Shown here in pieces: positions 1 through 11,206 of a stretch of 64,000 nt of DNA. The notes under the pieces were generated by a model that was not told where the DNA came from, ran no database searches, and saw nothing but the letters and a program-made list of their open reading frames with translations. Within the stretch, counting starts at the first letter, position 1, and the number at the start of each line of letters is the position of its first letter. Source of the DNA: Vicinamibacteria bacterium (GTDB lineage Bacteria > Acidobacteriota > Vicinamibacteria > Marinacidobacterales > Marinacidobacteraceae); assembly GCA_963668695.2 (NCBI GenBank), contig CAXXLQ010000004.1, positions 3,488,001 to 3,552,000 on the forward strand. The letters are read 5' to 3'. The translations under genes and the position numbers were made by a program.

Positions 1-1557
<1,557 letters not shown>

Positions 1558-1576
1558 TCCGCTCTCCCTCTCACCC

Positions 1577-1615
1577 TGGGCGCCGGCGCTAACGCGCCGG
1601 CGCCCATCTTTGTTT
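1577..1615 (+). terminator. Rho-independent terminator after groEL
   Basis: 13-bp stem tgggcgccggcgc-taac-gcgccggcgccca followed by tctttgttt. Confidence 0.8.
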
Positions 1616-1651
1616 GAAGCCCTGGTCCCGGGCCGGATGGCGCCGCCGGGA

Positions 1652-1720
1652 AGGGAACGCCGGCCAGTTCTCCCGGTGGGGGCTTCACACCGGCATCGCG
1701 GCCCGCAGGGCCGCGGCACC
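1652..1720. repeat. REP-like hairpin family B copy (GGGAACGCCGG...CACCGGC) carrying a 20-nt cassette at 1664-1683
   Basis: Aligns by eye with 12905-12960, 21650-21800, 30607-30735, 40119-40162 and 52601-52630. Confidence 0.75.
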
Positions 1721-1854
1721 CGCACACCGCCGCCTGCCTCGTCATCGGTGATGGGTTGCGGCCCGGCGGGCGCGGCGCGCCAGCGGGCCAAGGCGGCGGC
1801 GTGTTTGTGGGGCGCCGCCGCGGTGTGGGCCTTACGCCCTGGCACCGGCTTATT

Positions 1855-2223
1855 TCAAACCAGTTTCAGTCCGGCGGTTGCGAAGCGACGAAAGTCGGCG
1901 AGATTCGCTGTCGCGAGGCGCGCCCCATCATGGATTGCTGCAGCCGCGATCAGGCAGTCGGAGAGTGAGCGGCGGCGACGGCCCGAGTCGTTGAAGAGAC
2001 GAGCGGCGATTGCCGCGTGTTCGAAAGTGAGGTCGCGATGGCCGTCCACGACTTGCAGAGCGAGTTCTGTCTCCGCCGGTTCGATCGGGCCGCACAAGAA
2101 TTCGGCCCAAGCGATGCTGCTTACCACCACTGGCTCGTCGGGATCTGCGGCCTCCAGAAATCGAGCCTCAGGCGATCCCTGGTCCATCATGCGGATCAGG
2201 AAACTTGTGTCCAAGTGGATCAT
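1855..2223 (-). CDS. vapC: PIN-domain toxin (VapC family)
   Basis: IHLDTSFLI, AWAEFL, SDCLIAAAA and LATANLADF PIN motifs; overlaps the upstream antitoxin. Confidence 0.92.
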   Translation of the reverse strand: MIHLDTSFLIRMMDQGSPEARFLEAADPDEPVVVSSIAWAEFLCGPIEPAETELALQVVDGHRDLTFEHAAIAARLFNDSGRRRRSLSDCLIAAAAIHDGARLATANLADFRRFATAGLKLV

Positions 2224-2504
2224 CGCGGTTCGTTGGAGAGTCGCCGAAAGGATGCGCTCCGAATCTCGCTCGCTTGGTGTTCCCAGCCGTCCAAATCCAC
2301 GCCTCGGGCGGCGACTGATTTCTGGAGTGCCCGGAGGGCCTGCAACCTCGCATCCGCCCGCGATGGTTGCCGCTCGGCTTCGCTACGGATCGCTCTTCGA
2401 AGCGCCTCGGACTTCGAGACGTTCCAGCGACGCGCCAACCCTTCCAGCGAGCGGACAGTGCCAACGTCGAGAGAATATGTGGACTTGATCGTCATGACGG
2501 CCAT
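2220..2504 (-). CDS. CopG/ribbon-helix-helix antitoxin (VapB-like)
   Basis: MAVMTIKSTYSLD...LARRWNVSKSEALRRAI RHH pattern; ATGA overlap with vapC; start at 2504 or 2495. Confidence 0.85.
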   Translation of the reverse strand: MAVMTIKSTYSLDVGTVRSLEGLARRWNVSKSEALRRAIRSEAERQPSRADARLQALRALQKSVAARGVDLDGWEHQASEIRSASFRRLSNEPR

Positions 2505-2523
2505 ACTCTCATTGTATGGCCGT
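2497..2523. promoter_or_regulatory. Inverted-repeat operator at antitoxin start
   Basis: acggccatac-N7-gtatggccgt perfect 10-bp inverted repeat; TA autoregulation is inferred. Confidence 0.6.
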
Positions 2524-2696
2524 ATCACGCGGCAAGACGAATCGTCGCGGGTCCGCGGCCACGCAGCCCTGTCTGCAGCCGATCCAGTTCGGCGGTGGTG
2601 AGCTCGGCCCGCATCGCGAAATTCGTGCACCCCAACTCTGGGATCTATGCGAGTGGCACTAGGTACTTCATCAACATTCCCTCCATGGGAGGGTTG

Positions 2697-3691
2697 TCAG
2701 AAGTAGTGCTTGAATACCACCGCGACTTCCCGGTATCCGAGGCCGCCGAGGCCGATGTCCACCCCGAACGGGCTCACCCCGTCGGCCTGAACCGGCGCGT
2801 GGCTTCGGACCAGGTCGTACTCCGTGGTGGTGGTCAGCTCCCCGAAGCGGCCCCAGCGAACCTTGACCCCGAGCAAAGCCTCTCCCAGGTACATGTCGAG
2901 TCCGACGATGAACTGGTACCCCAGGACCCAGCCGCTGATCTCTGCGTCCAGTAGGCTGACGGTTCCCGCGGCCGCGCGCTTCGCTTCCTCCGGCCAGTCG
3001 GGAACGAACTCGATAGCCAGGTACTCCTGCTCCGGTTTGCGGACGAAGCTCGCCGCATATTGAGCCTCGACGTTCGCCAACCCGATCCCGGCCCCCGCGT
3101 AGGGCGTCCACCGCGTACGGTTCTCGAAGTCGTAGTAGAGGTTCAGGAAGGCCTCCTCGGCCCGGACATCGGAGAGCGTCTCGACCGGGGCCACCGCCCA
3201 TTCGACCCGGACATCGGAGAGCGTCTCTACCGGGGCCACCGCCCATTCGACTTTCTTGCCAGCCAGGGCTTCATTGCCGTCCGCTACCTTGATGGGCCGG
3301 GTGTCCCGTCCGTGACTCCGCAACCGGAAATCCAGCTCGACGCGAAGTGCGCCGAAGGCGAGGCCGACCGTCGAGCCATAGCCGAATCCGGTACCGATGT
3401 CGAAGGAGTTCGTGAGCGAGGTGGTCGCCTCGCGGGCGTCGCAAGCGGCATCGTTCGGAGGCGTCAGCCCCCCTCCGGATAGAGGAGCGTGTCGCACCGC
3501 GTCGGGCGGTTCAGGAACGTCTGGGAGGACTTTGCCGTCCGGGCGCGGGGACCACCCTCTTCGAATCCGATGTAGAGGCGCTGCGCCACCGCGTCATCGC
3601 CGGCCGCGAGCAGCGCCGCGCCCACCAGGACGCCGACGGCCCAAGGCCAGCCCAAGGGGACCTGGGGCAGCTGATTGATTGTTCGATCCAT
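2697..3691 (-). pseudogene. Outer-membrane beta-barrel (opacity/porin-like) protein, frameshifted at a G6 tract (~3468-3473)
   Basis: Signal-peptide ORF MDRTINQ...YPEGG* continues in another frame as LTPP...NLYYDF..WTPYAGAGIG...VFKHYF (C-terminal Phe). Confidence 0.75.
3162..3251. repeat. 45-bp in-frame tandem duplication (VEWAVAPVETLSDVR x2)
   Basis: Copies at 3162-3206 and 3207-3251, one mismatch. Confidence 0.95.
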
Positions 3692-4418
3692 GTTTCCGTC
3701 TACTCGCAATCGGCGGACCGACGGCGCAGTCGGGTCGGGTTCGGCCGATTCGGTGAAAGTCCGCCCCCACAAAGTGGCGCGTTTCGAAGTTGATCTGTGC
3801 GGTGGTTTAGTCGCCCGGGTGATGATCAATTTTGACGGTCTGCCCTTTCTGGGACAGGCCTTTGAGTTCGTGCTTTACCAGGAGGAGGAGGAGACTTGGG
3901 AAGAAGTTGCCCGAGTGCCGCCAATTGTCCGAATCGACGACCCTCCAGCGCAGCCTGCGCAGGACGCCTTACCCCGTGCCCATCGCCCTGTTTCTGGACA
4001 TTCACGAAGGCCTCGTCCCGCAACGGTCCGCCGCCCTCCGGCATAGGAGGGGTTGGAGCCTTCCCGCAGGGATACGTTGCCGCCGCGAGGCGGCGGCGGG
4101 AGCGACCCCGAAAGCGGCAAAAGGGCCGGCAACAGCAGCCACGATTTATGCCGCATTTGTTACCGAAACAGGGGGGGTCGCTTCCGTCCCAGCCCCGCCG
4201 CCAAAAGTGGCCACGGAACTAGGAGCTACCCGCCACCCTGCTGCGCCGAGCCCCTAATCTGTCGGAGCGGGGGAGTAACAAGGCAATCTGGAGAGAGCCA
4301 GCCCGGCGGCCACTGGGCGCGCAACGACCGGAGATGGGGGAGACTCTCCAGCCAAACCGAGCGTCTTGCCTGTTTCTGTGACTGTGGCGTTCGCGCTCCC
4401 GTAGCGCGGGAGGGTCGT

Positions 4419-6008
4419 ATGAGCACTACAACCCTATGGTGTCGGCATGTGATCACATGCGTTTGGTTGGCCACCTTGCCGCTGTTGGCTACCGCTGCGT
4501 GTGTGCCGGCCGGCGATGACGGCGTGCAGTGGCCGGTTGTTCTGGAGTACCTGGACCAGCAGGCGGCTTGGGAGGCGCAGGCCGGCAACATTGGGGACAC
4601 TCTGCGCGCCGGCGGGGGTCCGCTCGATGAGAAGCTGCAGCGCGCGGAGGAGGCACACGGGAGGTTGCCGGATGCAGCCGCGGCCATCGCCGCTGCTCGG
4701 GAGATCGTCGCAACGGGTGGGCCGCACACGGCCGAAGCGGCAGCGTTCCTCATCGAGCGGTCCGAGAGCCCCCTTGGGATGATGGAGACCCAGCCGAAAC
4801 TGGCGAAGCTGGTCGCCGACGGGATCGATCCCTCCGAGGCCGTGGCGCGACTCAGGGCAACCGAAGACCCGACATGGGAGGCGCTGGTCACCCACGTCGG
4901 TCCCGACTGGACGCTCGTGCAGAAGTATCTCGACGAGTACGACACCTGGTTTGCGCGCCTCCGCGCCGCCGCCCCGGCCGGCGGCGGGGCGCCGCGTGTG
5001 GACATGCATGAGCAACCGAGCGCCATCCGGGCCATCGCCGCCGCGCGAGCGATCCTCGGTGCGGAGGACGCGCAGGAGAAGACGGTAGAGGCAGTGGAGT
5101 TCCTCGTTGACCACGCCCCGCACCGGGACCGGCACCTTGCCGCCGCCGCCAGGGTTTTGGTAGCGCGCGCGCCCGACTACGGGGGTTGGCCGCGTGTGCT
5201 GCGCGCCCTTGACGGGGCGAGGGGCCACGCCGAGATGACCGGGACATTAGTTTCGTCCGTGGGCGAGTTTTTCGCGGAGATGGCGTCCGATGCCGACAAC
5301 CCCGTGCTGCGGGCCGCGGCGCGGTACTACGTGGCGGCCGGTCTGATGCGGGGAGCGAACGCCTGGACTCTGTCGCCGGAGGATCGGGCCGCACGCCGGG
5401 AGCGCGCCTTGGAGACGGCGACCGGCCTGAGTTCCGGCGTGGAGGACGAGACGTTCGACGAACCGAGTCAGAGAGCAGGTGACGGCGCGGCGGCTCCTCG
5501 GACGTTCATGAAGGCCGAGGCTGATCTAATCGCAAGCATCCGGCACGCGACCGTGGGCGGCACGCTGCCGGAGCGGACCGGACGGCGACTCGATGGCATG
5601 GACGAGCCGCTGTCGGCCTACAGGGGCCGCGTACTGCTGATCGACTTCTGGGCGACGTGGTGCCCACCGTGCATCGCCGCGCTTCCGGAGCTTCGCCAAC
5701 TCGTCTCCGACCTGCCCGCGGACAGGTTCGCGCTGCTGGCAGTCAGCGTCGATGCGGATCTCGCAACCGTGACCGAGTTCATAACGAAGGAACCGATGCC
5801 CTGGTACAACTGGCATGTGGGCGTTTCCAGCGACCTCGCACGGATTCTCGACGTTCGCAGCTTCCCCACGTACCTGGTCGTGGACGCAGACGGCACGATC
5901 CTGTTCAACGGCAACGCCCCGTTGTCCCTGTTACGCTGCATGGCCGAACGGGCGGTGGCAGGCGAGGATCCCAACTGCTCCCCAGCCGACTGGCATGGCG
6001 CCCCGTGA
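4419..6008 (+). CDS. TlpA-family thiol-disulfide reductase lipoprotein with long helical N-terminal region
   Basis: Lipobox-like ATAAC; LIDFWATWCPPC thioredoxin motif; FPTY cis-Pro loop. Confidence 0.88.
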   Translation: MSTTTLWCRHVITCVWLATLPLLATAACVPAGDDGVQWPVVLEYLDQQAAWEAQAGNIGDTLRAGGGPLDEKLQRAEEAHGRLPDAAAAIAAAREIVATGGPHTAEAAAFLIERSESPLGMMETQPKLAKLVADGIDPSEAVARLRATEDPTWEALVTHVGPDWTLVQKYLDEYDTWFARLRAAAPAGGGAPRVDMHEQPSAIRAIAAARAILGAEDAQEKTVEAVEFLVDHAPHRDRHLAAAARVLVARAPDYGGWPRVLRALDGARGHAEMTGTLVSSVGEFFAEMASDADNPVLRAAARYYVAAGLMRGANAWTLSPEDRAARRERALETATGLSSGVEDETFDEPSQRAGDGAAAPRTFMKAEADLIASIRHATVGGTLPERTGRRLDGMDEPLSAYRGRVLLIDFWATWCPPCIAALPELRQLVSDLPADRFALLAVSVDADLATVTEFITKEPMPWYNWHVGVSSDLARILDVRSFPTYLVVDADGTILFNGNAPLSLLRCMAERAVAGEDPNCSPADWHGAP

Positions 6009-6338
6009 ACCTTGGGGACCCCCGGTGCCTCCTATCCGCTTGGCGGCAGTGCGGGTGTCGCGGCCGACGCTGATGAGGAAGCTGGCGCCACGGTAGTTTC
6101 ATGAGCGCCGCGGCGCGGTGGCCGCCCGGCGGAGGAGGGATGTGTTGCTGCCGCGAGTGGAGAATTCCACCGGCGGGTTGGTAAGGAGCATCCGCCCCAC
6201 AGCCGGATTGGTTCGGGTTCAGCGCGACACGCGCACTTGCGGGATCCGCAGCTGGCTCATTCAGCCGCGACCCGGGACCAGGGGATTCGTACCGATTCGG
6301 GTGCGGGTCAAGCGGCGGCGCGTCCGGGTGCGCGACCA

Positions 6339-6436
6339 TGCGCCGATGGCTTCTCCGGCCGGGTTGTCTTTCCGGTAGCCCTGCGCGACCGCCCAGCGCA
6401 TCACGTCGAGACCCGCTGCCGCACCCGGCGCGCGGT
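6339..6436 (-). pseudogene. Tyrosine integrase (P4-like) central-domain fragment
   Basis: With one frameshift corrected it reads TARRVRQRVSTVMRWAVAQGYRKDNPAGEAIGA, a segment typical of P4-type integrases. Confidence 0.65.
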
Positions 6437-7255
6437 CAAGCCGCTCCGATACGCCACGATGTTGTGCGCCGGCAGGGTGAGGCGGCTCTCGATGACCCCG
6501 CCCGCACCCTCGATCCGTTCCGCCAACTCGGAAAGCGTCATCAGCTCCCGGTACCCCACGTTCAGCTCGTCGGCGAACGCCCGGTAGAAGAGGCGGACAG
6601 CCAATCGGTCCCGGGGGCAACTGCATATCTGGATCCCGCCGGGCTTCAGAAACCGCCGGAAATGCGCGATGAGTCTCCGTTTTCCGGCGTCGTCGAAGTG
6701 CTCGATCAACCCCCAATCGAGGCCGACATCGAAACGCCCGGACGGGGCGACGTCGAAGAAGTTCTTCCGCAGGTAACTCCAACCCTCGAGATCGCGCTCC
6801 ACGTCGATCCATCGCTCTCCCCATCCCCTCGGCGCCCGGACCCGCACCTCCCGTGGCGCGCACAGAAAACGCTCGTACGCCGCCTCATCCTCGTCGATCA
6901 GGAGGACCTCCCCTCCGGCCCCGAAGAGCGCCTGCAGGATCGCCGCTTCCCATCCCGCTTCGGCGCCGAAGAACACGATGCTGGGGTTGGGTGGGACCGG
7001 CAGCCGCACGAGCGCCCGCGCCTTCCCCACGAAGTCGTGGATCGCATCCCTTCGCTGCTGCGCCTGGGCGAGCACGAGACGCAGGACCCGTATCGACACC
7101 GGCCCGCGATACCCGCGGTTGATCTCCCGCCAGGGGGTGTTGAGAAACTTCTCGAAGTTGGCGTTGAACCGCGCCCAATCCACCGCCCCCGAGCGCTCGG
7201 GGTCCCGGACCTGGTTCGGATCGAAGCCCCGCGCGAGCGGCAGGGTTACCCGCAT
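6401..7255 (-). CDS. Class I SAM-dependent methyltransferase
   Basis: FFGAEAG motif-I-like; FDVGLDWGLIEHF; RFLKPGG. Confidence 0.75.
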   Translation of the reverse strand: MRVTLPLARGFDPNQVRDPERSGAVDWARFNANFEKFLNTPWREINRGYRGPVSIRVLRLVLAQAQQRRDAIHDFVGKARALVRLPVPPNPSIVFFGAEAGWEAAILQALFGAGGEVLLIDEDEAAYERFLCAPREVRVRAPRGWGERWIDVERDLEGWSYLRKNFFDVAPSGRFDVGLDWGLIEHFDDAGKRRLIAHFRRFLKPGGIQICSCPRDRLAVRLFYRAFADELNVGYRELMTLSELAERIEGAGGVIESRLTLPAHNIVAYRSGLTARRVRQRVST

Positions 7256-7276
7256 GACGGTTCAGTCAACCGGAAT

Positions 7277-8308
7277 ATGCTCACCACGTCAATGCTGCCT
7301 CGGCGCCGGAACACACTACCCGCATCCGTCACCCTCGCGGGCGGGCTGGCGTGGGCGGCGGCGTGGTCCATCGGTTGTGACGGCGCCGCCCCGGCCCCCT
7401 CCCCTTCCGATGCCGGTCAGCAAATCGGCGCCGCACTGGAGAGCGTTGGGGCCGCCGACTTCACCGACCTCGGCCTGAGCGTCTGGATTGGCCCCGCGGA
7501 CGGAGACGCCCTCTACGAGAAATCCGCCGGCGTCCCCCGCCCCGCGGCCAGCTCCATCAAGACCGCCTATCTCGTCGAGTTCTTCTCGGACCGCGCCGAG
7601 ACTCTCGACGAACCCGTCCCGGGAGCCGCCGAAGTAGTGGGCGATCCCGAGCACCCCGCGATCACGCACTTCGATCCTGAAACCCAGGCCGAGATCCGGG
7701 AGCACCTGGCAACCACGAACGCGCGAACCGTGGGACACCACATGATCCGGGGGACCGGAGTCTCGAACGCGGTGTACAACGCGGCCGCCAATCTGGTGAC
7801 CGCCTTCCTCGGCGGGCCGCCCGAGTTGACCGGCCGGATCCACGCCCGCCATCCGGACTTCGCCGGCATCCACTCCCGCCGTTACATGCTCGCGGCGCGG
7901 GACGTAACGGGAGACAACGAAGCCACCGCAGCCTCCCTCGCCGCGGTGCTCGCCGCCATCGCGCGCGGCGACGTCCCGGGACTCTCTCCCGAGACGCACG
8001 ACGCGATGCGGGACATCCTCTTCCTGGAGGAAAACGAACTCGGCCGCCACTTCTACAAGGGCGGCTCGCTCAACTCGAACCCAATTACCCGGGTGCTTTC
8101 GGGCTACTGGGAAAGCCCTGGGGAACCCGCGGGGCGCCAGCTCGTTTACGTCTTCATGGCCGAGATTCCGGGTCCCGAGAGCGTCGCGCCGGGCGATCTG
8201 GAAGCGGGCGAGGCCGGACGCCGGCTCCAGGAACACCTCGAAGCGCTCCGGGCAGCCGCGTTGCCGGTGGCGAGGAGCTGGCTCGCCACCGGGGTGGCTC
8301 CCGAGTGA
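7277..8308 (+). CDS. Serine hydrolase / class A beta-lactamase-like lipoprotein
   Basis: PAASSIK (SxxK), YNAAAN and KGG motifs; lipobox-like SIGC. Start reassigned from the 6338 ORF. Confidence 0.75.
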   Translation: MLTTSMLPRRRNTLPASVTLAGGLAWAAAWSIGCDGAAPAPSPSDAGQQIGAALESVGAADFTDLGLSVWIGPADGDALYEKSAGVPRPAASSIKTAYLVEFFSDRAETLDEPVPGAAEVVGDPEHPAITHFDPETQAEIREHLATTNARTVGHHMIRGTGVSNAVYNAAANLVTAFLGGPPELTGRIHARHPDFAGIHSRRYMLAARDVTGDNEATAASLAAVLAAIARGDVPGLSPETHDAMRDILFLEENELGRHFYKGGSLNSNPITRVLSGYWESPGEPAGRQLVYVFMAEIPGPESVAPGDLEAGEAGRRLQEHLEALRAAALPVARSWLATGVAPE

Positions 8309-9552
8309 GATTTCCGGCGCTCGCCGCCGCCCTCTCGCTGATCCCACTCGCCGCCCCCGCCGGCGAGGACTGGCCGCAATGGCGCGGCCCCAACCGGGAC
8401 GGCATCTCCCGGGAGACCGGACTCCTGCAGAGCTGGCCGGAGGGCGGTCCTCGCCTCGTCTTCCGAGCCGACGGCCTCGGGGCCGGGTATTCCACGGTAG
8501 CCATTGCCGACGGGCGCATCCACACCCTGGGCATGCTCTCGGGCCGCGAGTGGGTCATCACCCTCGATGCCAAGACCGGCGCACAGCTGTGGGCGACGCC
8601 CCATGCCGATGCCTACCGGGACGGCCGGGGAGACGGCCCGCGCGGCGTTCCGACGGTGATCGACGGCAAGGTGTACGCGCTCGGGGCAAAGGGACAACTC
8701 AGCGCGCTCGATGCGGCCAGCGGGCAGGTTCTCTGGTCCGTCAACCTTCTCGAGCGCTTCGGAGCGCGCAACATCGGTTGGGGGATCAGCGAATCCCCGC
8801 TCGTCCTCGAGGACCGGGTGCTCGTGTCACCCGGCAGCCGAGGGGTCGGGTTCGCCGCCTTCGACCGCGAATCCGGAGAGCTGCTGTGGGGCACGGAGGG
8901 TGACGAAGCCGGTTACGCCTCCCCCCTGCCGGTCGATCTCGAGGGTGCGCCGCACATCGTGTATTTCAGCGGCGAACGCGCGGCCGGCATCCGGCCCGAA
9001 GATGGCGCGTTGCTCTGGAGTTATCGCCGCGCCTCGAACCGGACCGCGAACATCGCCACTCCGATCCTGGTATCGAACCGCGGGAACGCGGCGGAAGTCT
9101 TCCTGACGTCCGACTACGGGACCGGCGGCGCGCTGCTGGAACTCCGCGCCGACGGCGCTGGTGGCGTGACCGCCGAGGAGAAGTACTTCACCCGGAACAT
9201 GCGCGCCCACCAAGCGACGCCCGTACTGCATGAGGGCGTGCTCTACGGCTTCTCCGGGTCCATCTTCAGCGCGCTCGACATCGAGAGCGGGGCGCTCTTC
9301 TGGCGGGACCGCTCCATTCGCAAGGGCTCGCTGACCTTCGCCGACAACCGCCTCTACGTATTCAGTGAGCGCGGAGACGTTGCCCTCGTGGAGCCGTCGC
9401 GCGTCGGATACGAGGAGCGGGGCCGCTTCGAGTTCCGCCGGAAGGACCGGTCCGGGGAGAACACCTGGACCCATCCGGCGGTCGCGAACGGCCTCCTCTA
9501 CCTGCGCGACCAGGACGTGCTGCTCGCATACGACGTGAAGGCCGGAACGTAG
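8305..9552 (+). CDS. PQQ-binding-like beta-propeller protein (BamB-like)
   Basis: DWPQWRGPNRDG start; repeated LDAxxGxxLW blades; TWTHPAVANGLLYLR. Confidence 0.9.
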   Translation: MRFPALAAALSLIPLAAPAGEDWPQWRGPNRDGISRETGLLQSWPEGGPRLVFRADGLGAGYSTVAIADGRIHTLGMLSGREWVITLDAKTGAQLWATPHADAYRDGRGDGPRGVPTVIDGKVYALGAKGQLSALDAASGQVLWSVNLLERFGARNIGWGISESPLVLEDRVLVSPGSRGVGFAAFDRESGELLWGTEGDEAGYASPLPVDLEGAPHIVYFSGERAAGIRPEDGALLWSYRRASNRTANIATPILVSNRGNAAEVFLTSDYGTGGALLELRADGAGGVTAEEKYFTRNMRAHQATPVLHEGVLYGFSGSIFSALDIESGALFWRDRSIRKGSLTFADNRLYVFSERGDVALVEPSRVGYEERGRFEFRRKDRSGENTWTHPAVANGLLYLRDQDVLLAYDVKAGT

Positions 9553-9679
9553 CCGGCTGCTGCGGCTGGCGTTCGCGCCGCTGGCCGTCTTCGCGTTCGC
9601 GACCGGCCTCCCTGCGCGTTTCTCCCGGCGAGGGCCGGCACCCGGGCCCGTGAGGGTCGCGAAACGCGCTTCGCCCGCG

Positions 9680-9975
9680 TCAGCGATGGCGCTCCCCGTG
9701 CTCGCCTTCCCCAATCTCCACATGCGTCGTCCACGTCTCGAAGCGCTGGCCTGCGGCTGCCAGTTGGACCGAACTCGTTTCCCCGGGGGCCAGGCTGATT
9801 CTGGGCGTCGGACCGAGTTCGACCCCATTCGACAGATGCACCTCGACCCGAACCCGCGAAACGGGCTCGGCCGCCGTGTTGGTCACGGTCCCGATGAAGG
9901 TTTCGGTCGCAGCGTCGAAACGAAGCTCAAGATGGACGCCGCTGCGCGTCTCCTGAGCGGTTTCCGCTACGCCGT
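9680..9975 (-). pseudogene. C-terminal half of a His/Glu-rich lipoprotein split by an insertion
   Basis: GVAETAQETRSGVHLELRFDAATETFIGTVTN...VRVEVHLSNGVELGPTP; rejoins in frame with 11384-11681. Confidence 0.75.
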
Positions 9976-10136
9976 TTCGCTTGGATTTCCTTGTATCTCG
10001 CGGCCCGCTGTGCGGCCCTTTTCGCGTTCAGGTTCGTGAAGAAAAGGCGCTGCTTGTCGCTGTAACGCTCCCATCGGTCCTTGAGGGCATCCCCCATATA
10101 CCAGGGGTATGGAAGTGAGATTCGAGATTGAGTCAT
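9976..10136 (-). pseudogene. Small ORF truncated at the insertion junction ([13 protein letters not shown]...KEIQAK)
   Basis: ATG overlaps the upstream stop (ATGA); the frame runs into host DNA at the junction. Confidence 0.4.
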
Positions 10137-11044
10137 GGGTTCTTCGGGATGCAGGTTTGCGTTGGCCCGTCCCATCTCATCGGAGGGCCTACGTTGATTT
10201 CCGGGTTCTCACAGGCGTTCCTTTTCGACAGGCAATTCGGCTCATGCCACACCTTGCCTTCCGCCGCGCATCGCGCTATGCGTTCGGCTTCTGATTCAAC
10301 GTTGCCTTGGTTACATGGCGGCTTCGAGCACGTCACGTAATATCGTCCAGTATCTGACGTGTTCCAACTCTCGCTGCAAAGCTCGGCCGTCAATCGCCTA
10401 CCTGGCGGCGGGTAGTCGAAGCCTCCGCTGCAGGTCCAGTCAGAAACGGGCGTCGTCTCAGGCTCCGGTTCAGGCTCCGGCTCAGGCTCCGGTTCAGGCT
10501 CTGGTTCAGGCTCCGGCTCTGGTTCAGGCTCCGGCTCTGGTTCCGGTTCGGGCTCCGGTTCCGGTTCAGGCTCTGGTTCGGGCTCCGGCTCAGGGTCCGG
10601 CTCAGGCTCCGGCCCGGGCGCGGGTTCAGGCTCCGGTTCGGGGGCCGGACAGTCTCCCATGGTGCAGGTGTAGACACCGCAGGAGGGGTCTGCAACATCG
10701 CAGTCGCCTCCAATAAATCCGTACTCCCAGACCTGATGCCGGCAAGCCCCCCCATTTGTTGACCACTGTTGCCCTACCTTACTGCTCCTGCCTTGGGGCC
10801 GCCGGCGTCACACATCCAGCCGGGCAAAGATGGCGTGGGACCGTTTCGATTGGTTAACACCGGATCCGCCGCCGCCACCGCCGGTTGCGGGGCTAGTCAG
10901 AGGGTGCTCGGGCGCGGGCGTAGGCGCGGGCTCAGGTGCCGGTACCTGAACCGGCGGGGGAGCCGGCAAGGTGGGCGCCCCGCTCTCGTTGCAGGACAGC
11001 GACAGCCCGAGGGCCGCCAGCAGCAGCAGGAGTATCCGCTTCAT
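10133..11044 (-). CDS. Cys-rich lipoprotein with (PE)n linker, interrupted by one in-frame TGA at 10808-10810
   Basis: [18 protein letters not shown] lipobox ORF and the PE-repeat ORF share a frame; manual translation between them shows no other stop. Confidence 0.55.
10458..10640. repeat. Hexanucleotide Pro-Glu coding repeat
   Basis: tcaggc/tccggt units encoding about 30 PE-type dipeptides. Confidence 0.95.
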
Positions 11045-11062
11045 AAAGTATCCGCTTCATAA
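11031..11062. repeat. 16-bp tandem duplication of the lipoprotein start region
   Basis: agtatccgcttcataa x2. Confidence 0.95.
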
Positions 11063-11206
11063 TTCGTTCCCTTTCGCAAGCCATTCCGTCAGCGCTACCG
11101 TGACGATCTGCCCGAGGGTTAGTCCCTTCGCGACGGCCGCGATGCGGACGCGCAACCAAAGGGCTCCGGGAACGCCCCGGACGAATACGGGCTTCTCCTT
11201 CCTCAC
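11057..11206 (-). CDS. 49-aa ribbon-helix-helix (Arc/ParG-like) DNA-binding protein, not in ORF track
   Basis: Manual translation MRKEKPVFVRGVPGALWLRVRIAAVAKGLTLGQIVTVALTEWLAKGNEL*; stop overlaps the ATG at 11060. Confidence 0.7.
   Translation of the reverse strand: MRKEKPVFVRGVPGALWLRVRIAAVAKGLTLGQIVTVALTEWLAKGNEL

Noticed and set aside
1664-1683. 20-mer as a DNA uptake sequence, Chi or HIP1-like motif
   Set aside because: Such motifs are shorter, arise by point mutation and occur in genes; this one appears as a block insertion confined to repeats.
3700-4400. Short ORFs or a riboswitch between the barrel gene and tlpA
   Set aside because: No recognisable protein motif in any frame; the ggagag...ctctcc pairing lacks other glycine-riboswitch elements.
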